A DNA stretch of 64,000 nt from Sedimenticolaceae bacterium (GCA_050293315.1 JBNKMS010000016.1:12-64011), one strand, 5' to 3'. Numbered from the stretch's first letter, positions 48,447 through 58,028 are shown. The notes: generated from the sequence alone by a model not told the origin. Numbers and translations are program-made.

Positions 48447-50513
48447 ATGGTATTCATACAAATGCCTGCGCGCTCTCACCTTGCTGTAAAATTCGTTGCC
48501 CTCGTCGTCGGCATCCTGTCGTTGACCCTGTTGGTCAACGCCAACTGGTTCATACAACGGCAAGAAGTTGTATTACAGAAGCAACTGCTGGAACGTGGTC
48601 GTCTTGTAGGTCAAACTCTCGCCAACGTCAGCGTCGAGGCGATTCTTAGCTACGATTTCACTCTACTGGGAAGTTATGTACAGAACTCCAGTCATGAGCA
48701 GGACATTGTATTTAGCATTATCCTAGATAAAAATGACAAACCTCTAACCAACTACTTTGATGCCGCCAGCCCGCTAATACACGAACTTGCAGACGGACGA
48801 GAATTCAAATCGGCCGCCGATGTACTGCAGGCTGCAAAACAGTCTCCATCAATCAGAATAGAGGCCTTCTCGATTGTAGAGCGAGGTAATATGTTGGGGC
48901 GTGCTGTCATCGGTATAAGCCGCACGCGGTTGGAACAGGAGTTACGCGAATTCTATACCACTCAACTGCTCATATATTGCATCATTATCATATTTCTTAG
49001 CATGGGCATATATCTGGTTTTTCATTTCAACGTACTTCGCCCCATCATACAACTTATCGCCGGCTCAAAAAGGATCGCCAAGGGTAACTATGATCAACCG
49101 GTAGAGATCAGCTCCAGAGACGAGATGGGCAGCCTGGCAGCGGCCTTCAATAGCATGATGCAAAAAGTCAGTGAGGATCGCACCCTGTTGAATTTACAGG
49201 CCAACTTCGATGATCTCACGGGCCTTCCAAACCGTACCCATGCAACCGAACGGCTCAGTGCGGAAATCGCCCGGGCAACGCGTAATAATAATAGCTTTGC
49301 CATCATCTTCATAGATCTAGACAACTTCAAGTATGTCAACGACACCATGGGCCACATGGCGGGAGACAAATTACTCGCTGCACTTAGTCGCCGCTTCAAC
49401 TCAGTGCTACGGGAGTCTGACGTTATTGCGCGACTGGGTGGTGATGAATTTCTTGTAATCCTCCCAACTGCTTCGCGTCCATCTGAGGCTGGCGATGTGG
49501 CGCAGCGTCTCATAGACAGCCTGAGAGATCCGATATTGATCGGCAACCGTGAAGTATATATACGCTGTAGCATGGGTATTGCCCTCCACCCAGCCGATGG
49601 CAAAAATGCTGATGAGCTTATGGCCAATGCGGACAACGCCATGTATCAGTCAAAACTATCTCGTACAGAACACTTTAGTTTCTTCGCCCCAGAGATGAAC
49701 AGAGCGATCAGGGAACGCATGGAGCTGGAGCACGACCTGCACCTCGCCCTGGAGAAAGGGCAGTTCATGCTCTACTTCCAACCAATCATTAATACTACCA
49801 CCCGGCAATCGATTGGCGCTGAGGCGTTGTTACGTTGGCACCATCCGGAGCGTGGTCTAATCCACCCCATAACCTTTATTCCACTGGCAGAGGCGACTGG
49901 GAGGATTATCCCTATCGGCCAATGGATACTACACAAGGCCCTGGAGGCGGTTCGCGATCTGCTGGAGCAAGGGATCGATCCCGGCTATGTTGCTGTAAAT
50001 GTCTCCCGAGTACAGTTGACTAGTGATTTCGAGGAGACGGTGCAGAAAGCACTGGATGACACCAACCTCACACCCAGTCGTCTGCGTATTGAGGTGACAG
50101 AGAGTTCCCTAATGGAGCACTTCGGTGAGCTGCCTGAGATACTACGCAGACTCAACGCCATCGGGGTAAAACTTATCCTGGATGATTTTGGTACGGGCTA
50201 CTCGTCTCTCAACTACCTGAAGCACTTCCCTTTCCATACCCTTAAGATTGATAAAGGCTTTATCGATAGAGTGCCAGATAACGAGGCAGACGCATCACTG
50301 GTGCGAGGCATTATCGCTATGAGCCATAGCCTTGGCCTGGATATAATCGCAGAAGGTATCGAACACGAGCATCAATACCGCTTCCTCTACGGCTCAGGGA
50401 TTGACACCATGCAGGGCTTCCTCTTTGCGCGGCCGATGTCACTCGATCTCTTTCGCAATTACCTTCTACATCCGGAACAATCAGACAAACTCGTCCAACT
50501 ACCGGTGCGCTAG
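48447..50513 (+). CDS. membrane sensor with HAMP, GGDEF and EAL domains
   Basis: 688 aa. The ATG immediately follows the upstream TAG. HAMP (RPIIQLIAGSKRIAKGNYDQPVE), RESDVIARLGGDEF, and EAL motifs (GAEALLRW, DDFGTGYSSL, EGIEHE) are present. Confidence 0.85.
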   Translation: MVFIQMPARSHLAVKFVALVVGILSLTLLVNANWFIQRQEVVLQKQLLERGRLVGQTLANVSVEAILSYDFTLLGSYVQNSSHEQDIVFSIILDKNDKPLTNYFDAASPLIHELADGREFKSAADVLQAAKQSPSIRIEAFSIVERGNMLGRAVIGISRTRLEQELREFYTTQLLIYCIIIIFLSMGIYLVFHFNVLRPIIQLIAGSKRIAKGNYDQPVEISSRDEMGSLAAAFNSMMQKVSEDRTLLNLQANFDDLTGLPNRTHATERLSAEIARATRNNNSFAIIFIDLDNFKYVNDTMGHMAGDKLLAALSRRFNSVLRESDVIARLGGDEFLVILPTASRPSEAGDVAQRLIDSLRDPILIGNREVYIRCSMGIALHPADGKNADELMANADNAMYQSKLSRTEHFSFFAPEMNRAIRERMELEHDLHLALEKGQFMLYFQPIINTTTRQSIGAEALLRWHHPERGLIHPITFIPLAEATGRIIPIGQWILHKALEAVRDLLEQGIDPGYVAVNVSRVQLTSDFEETVQKALDDTNLTPSRLRIEVTESSLMEHFGELPEILRRLNAIGVKLILDDFGTGYSSLNYLKHFPFHTLKIDKGFIDRVPDNEADASLVRGIIAMSHSLGLDIIAEGIEHEHQYRFLYGSGIDTMQGFLFARPMSLDLFRNYLLHPEQSDKLVQLPVR

Positions 50514-50657
50514 CACTCCACAATCTATCTCCACCTGCCTGCAAATGGCAACGGTTTGTAAAAGCCATGTATAATTGATATATATCTATTTATATAGTGC
50601 AATATAATTCAGCACACCCTTCTACCAAAACATGTGCTGTGACTTAAGGATAAGATC

Positions 50658-51011
50658 ATGCTGAAACATATTCTGCTGCTATCACTCATATCCACACCTA
50701 TTTTGGCGAATGATGAAACTGGCAGGGTCTGTTTTGGTAAAAACCTGGCTAAGGTCTATAGCGAGCATACTGATAAACTCTACCTGAAAATAGATGACTC
50801 AAAAAAACTCTTTTTTAATAGACCGCACGACGGCCCGGTATTAGACAACCTTGATATAGACCAAGATCATATGGTCAAGGTCTATTTCGAAGACCGGCTT
50901 GCCAGCTCATGGCAGCTAAATTTCTCCCGCCTCAACACCAAAAGCGTTATCATCTGGAGATCAGCCGGTTCCTGGCGCATGGAACCAGTTGACGAATCCA
51001 GATGTCAATAG
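50658..51011 (+). CDS. hypothetical secreted protein
   Basis: 117 aa with signal peptide MLKHILLLSLISTPILAN and two Cys. No family was recognised. The region is AT-richer. Confidence 0.5.
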   Translation: MLKHILLLSLISTPILANDETGRVCFGKNLAKVYSEHTDKLYLKIDDSKKLFFNRPHDGPVLDNLDIDQDHMVKVYFEDRLASSWQLNFSRLNTKSVIIWRSAGSWRMEPVDESRCQ

Positions 51012-51073
51012 TGTATGTAACTCAACCTGCGTAAATTAAATATCCACTCCAAACAGAAACAGTGGAGACGATC

Positions 51074-51823
51074 ATGTCACGGACAACTACATTATTGTTA
51101 CTACTACTAATATCTCTACAGGTCGCTGCAGCCGAACCACTCAATATAGTTACACTCGGTGACAGCCTCACACAGGGAGATGGCGATGACGGGGCCGGCG
51201 GTGGTTATCCAGCCCGACTACAGAAGTTGTTGGCAGGCAGTAATCCAGGCTCTACCCTGCGCAATCTAGGTCAATCTGGATGGACCTCTGACGACCTGAT
51301 AAACACTCAACTGCAACCGGCCGTAGCAGTACTGCAGGCAACACCCCCAAACCAGACCCGGGTTGCCCTCGTCTGGATCGGCAGTAACGACCTGTTTGGA
51401 CTCTACAACTGGGTGTGTGATAACGACTACAAAAACAACTTTGCAGCCTGCGAGAGGGACGGTGAATCAAACTTCCGTAACAACCTGCAGAATATTATCT
51501 CTACCCTGAAGGGAGCGGGAGCTAAGGTCTATATCGCCCTGCTGGACGACCAATCAAAACGCCCAGTAATGAGCAACTCGGAACTACGCAGCAGCAACTT
51601 TGATAGTATATCTGCCGACGATGTCCCCAGGATGTCGGCACAGACCGCCAAATACAATGGGATCATAAGACAACTGGCTACACAGCATGGAGCAGCAATC
51701 GTGGATTTTCTCAATACCACACTATTCGAAGATTCCGCAACCCTGGCCGAAGATGGCAATCACCCGAACGCAGCGGGGTACGACGCTATTGCTGAAAAGT
51801 GGCATCAAAGCATAACTCAATAG
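51074..51823 (+). CDS. secreted SGNH/GDSL-family hydrolase
   Basis: A signal peptide is followed by VTLGDSLTQGDG (block I, Ser nucleophile), WIGSNDL (block III) and DGNHPN (block V). GGAGA lies 5 nt upstream of ATG 51074. Confidence 0.75.
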   Translation: MSRTTTLLLLLLISLQVAAAEPLNIVTLGDSLTQGDGDDGAGGGYPARLQKLLAGSNPGSTLRNLGQSGWTSDDLINTQLQPAVAVLQATPPNQTRVALVWIGSNDLFGLYNWVCDNDYKNNFAACERDGESNFRNNLQNIISTLKGAGAKVYIALLDDQSKRPVMSNSELRSSNFDSISADDVPRMSAQTAKYNGIIRQLATQHGAAIVDFLNTTLFEDSATLAEDGNHPNAAGYDAIAEKWHQSITQ

Positions 51824-51864
51824 CCGCATCACCATGGATACCCCCAAACTATGAGTATCAAAAT

Positions 51865-52275
51865 ATGAAGAGTTGTCGGGAGTGCAGCAATAAAGTATCT
51901 GAACAGGCCATCTCTTGCCCGAACTGTGGGGCCCCATATCCCGCCAGAGAACAGTGGGACGGATGGGGCTATGAGTATAAATCGCAAACTACGCTATTTG
52001 GACTGCCACTACTTCATATCGCTTTCAAGTTTCGCCCAAACTTTGTACCGGTGCCGGCAAAAGGAATTATTGCTATCGGTCAATTTGCTTGCGGCATCAT
52101 TACGATTTCACAATTTGGTTTAGGAATAATCAGTATCAGTCAATTTGCAATTGCCGGTTACGCCTTGGCCCAGATCGCCTTCGCTTACTCATTGATTGCG
52201 CAAATAGGGATCTATATCCATGAAGGACATGGCCAGATTGTAACAAGCTTAAGTGAACTACTAACCCACCTGTAA
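51865..52275 (+). CDS. zinc-ribbon membrane protein with I-x-Q-F repeat segments
   Basis: It starts MKSCRECSNKVSEQAISCPNCG, followed by hydrophobic repeats IAIGQFACGIITISQFGLGIISISQFAIAG. The start is set at Met23 of the tracked ORF. Confidence 0.6.
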   Translation: MKSCRECSNKVSEQAISCPNCGAPYPAREQWDGWGYEYKSQTTLFGLPLLHIAFKFRPNFVPVPAKGIIAIGQFACGIITISQFGLGIISISQFAIAGYALAQIAFAYSLIAQIGIYIHEGHGQIVTSLSELLTHL

Positions 52276-52527
52276 TCTCCTCATTACAACATGTTTCCCC
52301 TTTGAGACATATGCACACATTTGCATGAGACATATGTCAACATACTAGCGGGCATGCATACTCATGTAATTGAATATAGATCACTTAAATCGGCAAAAAG
52401 GTAGTACATCTCATATCTGCTTATCTACTATTTTTACAATCTCATAACTGTGAGCCAGTTAACTGCGGGTTCTCATTTCTCCTGTAGCATCGCGCTTTCC
52501 AACATTAATGTAATTAAGGAGAATGCA

Positions 52528-53178
52528 ATGAGATACTCCACTACTTTAGGATGTGTCGCTGTTTTATGTGTTGCACTTGTCGGTAACGCCAATGCCACTA
52601 CCGCTCAATTTAGTGATTCGCTGGATTTAACAAACCTGCAATACAATGTTGAGACCAACATGGGCTCAGCAATTGCCGCAGCGGACATAAAGCGCTTTGA
52701 TATGGGTACCGGATGGGAAGGCGCAATGGAGTTTCTACTCACTACCAGCTCCTACTACTCACTTCCCACCTCCCTTGGTATCGCCCTGACTACAGACCCG
52801 AATGACACCCTGTTCAACGACCCAAGTCCGTTTCTGCAACTGGTGGACCCGGATGCAGTAACCGATTTTTTCAATGACAATGTTCTCGGCTGGGTATTTT
52901 ACAGCTGGGGTTCAAACATCACCCCGGGCGGAACTACCGACGTAATGGCTGCATTTACCAACCCTCCGGTATTTGATCCCAATGAGCACTACTACGCATT
53001 TGTCGCCGGTGGCTCAGTAATTCCACTCACCGTTGCTATCGATCTGGTTGTCAACGATGAAACTGGAGCTGGGGACGTTGGCGCTGTACCCATACCGGCC
53101 GCCGTCTGGCTGTTCGGATCAGGCATTGCGGGACTGCTTGGGATCACAAGACGCAAGAGGGCTGCACTGGCCGCATAA
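52528..53178 (+). CDS. secreted protein with VPLPA/PEP-CTERM-type C-terminal sorting signal
   Basis: AAGGAG lies 7 nt upstream of ATG 52528. There is a signal peptide, and the C-terminus VPIPAAVWLFGSGIAGLLGITRRKR has the motif, TM helix and basic cluster. Confidence 0.7.
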   Translation: MRYSTTLGCVAVLCVALVGNANATTAQFSDSLDLTNLQYNVETNMGSAIAAADIKRFDMGTGWEGAMEFLLTTSSYYSLPTSLGIALTTDPNDTLFNDPSPFLQLVDPDAVTDFFNDNVLGWVFYSWGSNITPGGTTDVMAAFTNPPVFDPNEHYYAFVAGGSVIPLTVAIDLVVNDETGAGDVGAVPIPAAVWLFGSGIAGLLGITRRKRAALAA

Positions 53179-53228
53179 CGCAGCGGATGATATGAATCCA
53201 AACTAGAGTAGAGTATCTAATGCAACAA

Positions 53229-53254
53229 GGCCCCCGCACTCCGGGGGCCTTTTT
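53229..53254 (+). terminator. rho-independent terminator
   Basis: GGCCCCCG-cactc-CGGGGGCC followed by TTTTT. Confidence 0.8.
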
Positions 53255-53447
53255 CAATCCATCAAATAATCCCCCCTCCCCACTTGACTACCGCCGGCCA
53301 ATAGAGGCATTATGCGCCGATGAATTTCTCACACGCCAAAACTATGGTCATTATTCCGGTACGAGCCGCCCTGTGGCGTTTCGTTTCGGTCCGTTGGCGT
53401 TTGGAAGATATATGTTAGCTTAGCTAGTTACTAGAATTATCAATCTA

Positions 53448-53489
53448 CAGAGGCCGCGGAGTTATCAACTTCGCGGCCTCTGTCTTTTT
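53448..53489 (+). terminator. strong rho-independent terminator abutting the RBS of the DMT transporter gene
   Basis: CAGAGGCCGCGGAGTT-atc-AACTTCGCGGCCTCTG forms a 16-bp stem with one G.U pair, followed by TCTTTTT. AGGAGAG and ATG 53502 follow directly. Confidence 0.8.
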
Positions 53490-53501
53490 AGGAGAGAAAA
53501 A

Positions 53502-54389
53502 ATGTCGGTCCCAGCTGCCTATTTAGGGGTGGTCCTGATATGGGCAACCACACCATTGGCAATCAAATGGAGCAATGACGGCGGTGATTTCATGCTGGCG
53601 GTCAGTGCGCGTATGTCTATAGGACTCGCGTTCTGCCTGCTACTGTTGTTGCTGTTTCGGATCCCTGTACGCTGGGACCGTGATGCATTGAAGAGCTATG
53701 CTACGGCAGGGCTGGGCATGTTTGGCGCCATGATGAGTGTCTACTGGGGGGCTCAGTATATCCCTTCCGGCCTGATCTCGGTGCTATATGGTCTAACTCC
53801 CATGACGATAGGGCTGTTTGCCGCCATCTGGCTGAATGAGCCGTTCTTTAGGCCTTCAAAGATCATTGGCCTGCTGCTGGCAGTGGCGGGACTAAGTGAG
53901 ATCTTTTTGCCTGAAGGCATGGAGCTTTCAATCAATGCCTATGGGGTTATTGGGGTGCTACTGTCGGTTACCTGCCACTCTCTGAGTTCGGTATGGGTTA
54001 AAAAGATCGCTGCCCCTATGCACCCGTTGGCACTCAATAGCGGTGCACTGTCCATTGCAGTGCCCCTCTATATAGCCAGCTGGTTGCTGTTTGGTGAGAC
54101 GGCGCCTGAGCGGTTGCCCCAGCATGCGTTGGGGGCCATTCTCTATTTGGCATTTATCGGTACGGCCCTCGGCTTTAATCTCTACTTCTATGTGTTGAAG
54201 CAGGTACCGGCGATGATGATAGGTTTGATCACACTGATCACCCCGGTCATAGCACTGCTGCTGGGCCAAACTCTGAATGGAGAAGAGACAGGGATCCACG
54301 TCTGGTTCGGGACCCTGATAATACTCTCAGGACTAGGACTCTACCTGTGGGGAGGACATCTATATCGAGCGCTTGTCCCCGTTAAATGA
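53502..54389 (+). CDS. DMT-superfamily (EamA-type) transporter
   Basis: 295 aa, about ten TM segments, with two EamA-like halves. Confidence 0.8.
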   Translation: MSVPAAYLGVVLIWATTPLAIKWSNDGGDFMLAVSARMSIGLAFCLLLLLLFRIPVRWDRDALKSYATAGLGMFGAMMSVYWGAQYIPSGLISVLYGLTPMTIGLFAAIWLNEPFFRPSKIIGLLLAVAGLSEIFLPEGMELSINAYGVIGVLLSVTCHSLSSVWVKKIAAPMHPLALNSGALSIAVPLYIASWLLFGETAPERLPQHALGAILYLAFIGTALGFNLYFYVLKQVPAMMIGLITLITPVIALLLGQTLNGEETGIHVWFGTLIILSGLGLYLWGGHLYRALVPVK

Positions 54390-54435
54390 CAATGTGTAGT
54401 AATTTAGGGAACCCCTGATTTATTCAGGGGTTCCT

Positions 54436-54462
54436 GCGACACAAGGATGTGTCGCCATTTTT
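54436..54462 (+). terminator. rho-independent terminator
   Basis: GCGACACA-agga-TGTGTCGC followed by CATTTTT. Confidence 0.7.
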
Positions 54463-54598
54463 GATCGCTATAAGCGATTGAAAATGAAGGAAACAGAAAA
54501 TAGCATTTTCTGTTTCCGTGCTCTGACAGTGCCAGGGATGGCATTAATCAGAGCTTCCTTAGGAGTTACGGGGTGGCGACGCCACCCCGTACACCGCC

Positions 54599-55288
54599 TC
54601 AACCGATGTATATATCCTTGTAACTCTGGTACCAGGCCCCGACTGTAACCGGCCCCAGGATCAGAAATCCTAGTCCCATAGGAATAGCGGCTACTATTGA
54701 AAGCACCGTGTAGATCAGCGCGAACACCAACAATGGCAGCCAATTTTGCAGAGTCCCTGTTACGCTAAGCTTGATTGCTTCGAAGGGCTCTTCACCCTTC
54801 AACATCACCAAAGGAATGGCATAAAAAAGCAGGGCCGCCAGTGCCGCTGCAAACACCAGCAGCAGCAGTAGACCAAACAGCGTAGACATGCTCAACTGTA
54901 CACCCATCATCCCGTCACCCATGAATGCACCAGGCATCATGCCCTTGCCAATCATCCCCATTATCAGGTTGGTAACCAGTGAGATGAGCCCTAAGATCAA
55001 CATCGGGCCGGTCTTAGAAGAGTCCTGAAAGGCCTTGAACAGATGGATGATCTGCAATGTCCCACCAGCATCAAGCTTGGAGGCACCATAGAGCAGTCCG
55101 CCCGCCAACAGTATCCCGATAAACGACACTGCCAGCGGTCCCAGCAGCGGCACAAATGACAATACAATCATAACTGCCGCAATAATCAGGATCATGAGCA
55201 CCCACACCCCGGGATTCTTTATAAACAGCGACCAGCCATCCATGATCCAGCCCCAGCCACGTTCGACATCCACTTTTTTCGTTTCCAT
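54599..55288 (-). CDS. conserved polytopic membrane protein (BPSS1780/DUF2189-like)
   Basis: 229 aa. The N-terminal GWGWIMDGWSLFIKNPGVWVLM motif is followed by multiple TM segments. The family name is from memory only. Confidence 0.5.
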   Translation of the reverse strand: METKKVDVERGWGWIMDGWSLFIKNPGVWVLMILIIAAVMIVLSFVPLLGPLAVSFIGILLAGGLLYGASKLDAGGTLQIIHLFKAFQDSSKTGPMLILGLISLVTNLIMGMIGKGMMPGAFMGDGMMGVQLSMSTLFGLLLLLVFAAALAALLFYAIPLVMLKGEEPFEAIKLSVTGTLQNWLPLLVFALIYTVLSIVAAIPMGLGFLILGPVTVGAWYQSYKDIYIG

Positions 55289-55454
55289 CTCTATGGCCCC
55301 CTCTAGTTATTATGATTACCGGGGACGCAGTCTATATGCGTCCCCCTATGGTCAGACAGCTACAGTAAAACCTGCCTAAAATATATGGTTTTGTCAAACC
55401 GATTTATGATTATCTTGAAGGATTACTCATACTTTATGCTAATTTCGATGCCGC

Positions 55455-58028
55455 TCAGTCGCCATAGCGAAACGACAATAGGTCACCCTCCTGAGCAAGC
55501 ATTGCCGCTATCTCTTCGACCGACACCGGCCCGCTAAAGAGATTACCCTGCCCATAATCGCACCCATATGCAGCCAGTTGCGACCGCTGCTCTTCCGTCT
55601 CAACCCCCTCGGCAACCACCTTCAGGCCCAGACCATGCGCCATAGCTACAGCGGCATTGACCAGCTCCCGATCGGCATAGTCCGTAGAGATGCCGTGAAT
55701 AAATTCACGATCGATCTTGAGTACATCAAACGGGTAGTCGCGCAGATAACTGAGCGAGGAGTAACCGGTACCGAAATCATCCATCGCAATACTGACCCCC
55801 AGATCACTCAAGGCGGCCAGGGCATCTTTTATATAGCTGTGACCGCTCATCAGTACGCCCTCTGTTATCTCCAACTCAAGAGATGCGTGTTCAGGCGCAG
55901 TCTGCTGCAGGGCGTGTTCTACGAACGGCACCAGGTTGGGATCGCGGAACTGGCGCGGCGACAGATTGACCGCCAGGGTAATAGGCCGTCCTAACTGATG
56001 TTGCCACTCCGCCGACACACGGAGTGATTCGGTTATTACGAACTGACCTATCGGTACAATCAACCCGGTCTGCTCAGCTATGGAGATAAATTCTACCGGA
56101 TCTACGTCACCCAGGGCCGGATTATTCCAGCGCAATAGCGCCTCAACGCCGATGATTGCCCCACTCTTCAGATCCACCTTGGGTTGATAGCAGAGGCTAA
56201 ATTCACCCCGATCCAAGGCGCCATGCATCTGCTCCTCCAGGAGTAGCCGCCGGGAAACCTCCTGGTTCATCTCTTCGGTAAAGTAGGAGTATGTGTTACG
56301 CCCCTGCTCCTTGGAGTGGTACATGGCGGAATCTGCCTTGCGCAACAGTTCCAGTGGATTTTCGCCATCATTCGGATAGACCGATATGCCGATGCTCGCC
56401 GTCAGGATCATCTCCCGACCATCTATCCTGAAGACATCCCGAAACTGCTTGAGCAGCGCTTCCGCCACCGGACGGGTGTCGGCCGCCTCGGCAAGTCCGC
56501 CCAACAGTACGATAAATTCATCACCGCCGAGACGCCCCACCGTATCTCCATGACGTACCCCGGTCTGCAGGCGCGCTGCCGCCTCTTTTAATAGTTTATC
56601 TCCCGTATCGTGGCCCAGGGTGTCATTAATCTTTTTAAAGTCATCCAGGTCCAGAAACAGCACCGCCACCTGTTCGTCATCGCGCTGCGCCTCTTTTATC
56701 AGCTGTGACAGCCGGTCCAGCGCAAGAAATCGATTAGGCAGATCGGTTAAATTATCAAAATGGGCCTGGTGCAGGATATGCTCCTCCTGCTTCCTGCGTT
56801 CGGTAATATCGATCGCGATCGCAAAAATAACCGGCTGCCCGAACCAGGAACCCAATGTGAGACGCACCTCCTTGGGAAACACCGTACCATCTGCCCTTCG
56901 GCTCCAGAATTCGAACGTCTGCGGTTCACCGGCAAACGCCTTGGTGTGCCTGGGCCCCATTTTGTCCAGATCATTAAGTCCGGGTGCTGCCAGATCCATA
57001 GGTGTCTTACCTATAAACCACTCACGTGGACGCCCATACATACGAGCGGCCCCCTCATTTACCATAATGAACCGCGCCTCTTCATCCTGCACGTAGACCC
57101 CCTCCTGCAGATTGTCAAAAAGAGAGCGGAAACTTAATTCACTCTGCTTTATTTTCTCTTCGGCCTCTCTGCGGTGGGTGATATTGTGTCCGATACCAAG
57201 CACTCCTATGAGATGTCCATCTTCACCGAACATGGGGGTCTTGGTCGTCTCCAGCAACTCACGATGCCCGTCACTAGCGTAGGTAACCCACTCCTCATTG
57301 ACGGAAGGAGACCCCTTATGCATAGCCCTCATATCGTTTTTACGAAACGAATCGGCAAGTGCACTATCGACAAAATCGTAATCGCTCTTTCCAAGGACCT
57401 CTGACTCAGGGGCCCCATAAAGGAGCTCAAAGCGGTGATTACAGGCTAAAAATATACCGTCTGGATCTTTCAGCCACACCAGATCCGGCAGGGTCTGAAT
57501 GAGCGTCTTGAGAAAACTGCGTTGCCGACTCAGGGATCGCTGCGATCTTACCAGTTGCGTATGCGCCATCTTTCCATGGATGGCGGTTGCCAAGGCCCCC
57601 AGTACCGGCCTCAATCCATTCAGCATGCGGGTTGAAAACAGATCCGACTGTGCGGTCTGCATGAGCAAAACGCCGTTCTTAGAAAACGGATAGATAGCGA
57701 ACGTCAGCTCAGATCCAGGGTGTGTGTTGTCGTTTTGGGAGATGATTTCGGGGGAGGCGTTGCCTGACTGGTCTTGTGCCTGGTTAATGATTGACAAAAA
57801 CATCTCTTTATCCGGCATATGAGGCAATGCCGCCATAGGTCTAAGCTTGCTGGCAACTGTGTCCCGCCACCAAAGGGAGGCACCGGTCAGATTGTAGCGG
57901 GATATCAAAATTCTCAGAAAGCTGCGGCAAGTATCTACCAAGTCCTGCTCTTGCCCGATGGAGAGGGCCAGTTCGTAAAGACGCAGCAGGTCTTCGGTAA
58001 CGCTAAGTTTAACCTTATGCTTACCCAT
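55455..58028 (-). CDS. multi-PAS GGDEF-EAL signalling protein
   Basis: 857 aa. An N-terminal sensory region and two PAS segments are followed by RHGDTVGRLGGDEF and EAL motifs (GVEALLRW, DDFGTGYSSL, EGVETE). Confidence 0.85.
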   Translation of the reverse strand: MGKHKVKLSVTEDLLRLYELALSIGQEQDLVDTCRSFLRILISRYNLTGASLWWRDTVASKLRPMAALPHMPDKEMFLSIINQAQDQSGNASPEIISQNDNTHPGSELTFAIYPFSKNGVLLMQTAQSDLFSTRMLNGLRPVLGALATAIHGKMAHTQLVRSQRSLSRQRSFLKTLIQTLPDLVWLKDPDGIFLACNHRFELLYGAPESEVLGKSDYDFVDSALADSFRKNDMRAMHKGSPSVNEEWVTYASDGHRELLETTKTPMFGEDGHLIGVLGIGHNITHRREAEEKIKQSELSFRSLFDNLQEGVYVQDEEARFIMVNEGAARMYGRPREWFIGKTPMDLAAPGLNDLDKMGPRHTKAFAGEPQTFEFWSRRADGTVFPKEVRLTLGSWFGQPVIFAIAIDITERRKQEEHILHQAHFDNLTDLPNRFLALDRLSQLIKEAQRDDEQVAVLFLDLDDFKKINDTLGHDTGDKLLKEAAARLQTGVRHGDTVGRLGGDEFIVLLGGLAEAADTRPVAEALLKQFRDVFRIDGREMILTASIGISVYPNDGENPLELLRKADSAMYHSKEQGRNTYSYFTEEMNQEVSRRLLLEEQMHGALDRGEFSLCYQPKVDLKSGAIIGVEALLRWNNPALGDVDPVEFISIAEQTGLIVPIGQFVITESLRVSAEWQHQLGRPITLAVNLSPRQFRDPNLVPFVEHALQQTAPEHASLELEITEGVLMSGHSYIKDALAALSDLGVSIAMDDFGTGYSSLSYLRDYPFDVLKIDREFIHGISTDYADRELVNAAVAMAHGLGLKVVAEGVETEEQRSQLAAYGCDYGQGNLFSGPVSVEEIAAMLAQEGDLLSFRYGD

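Noticed and set aside
53220-53423. A 67-aa + strand ORF.
   Set aside because: It begins inside the terminator hairpin of the upstream gene, has no RBS, and has a Pro/Gly-rich composition. The region is treated as a non-coding leader or sRNA candidate instead.
54468-54743. A 91-aa minus-strand ORF.
   Set aside because: It overlaps the 3' end of the membrane-protein gene in another frame and runs through three intergenic hairpins.
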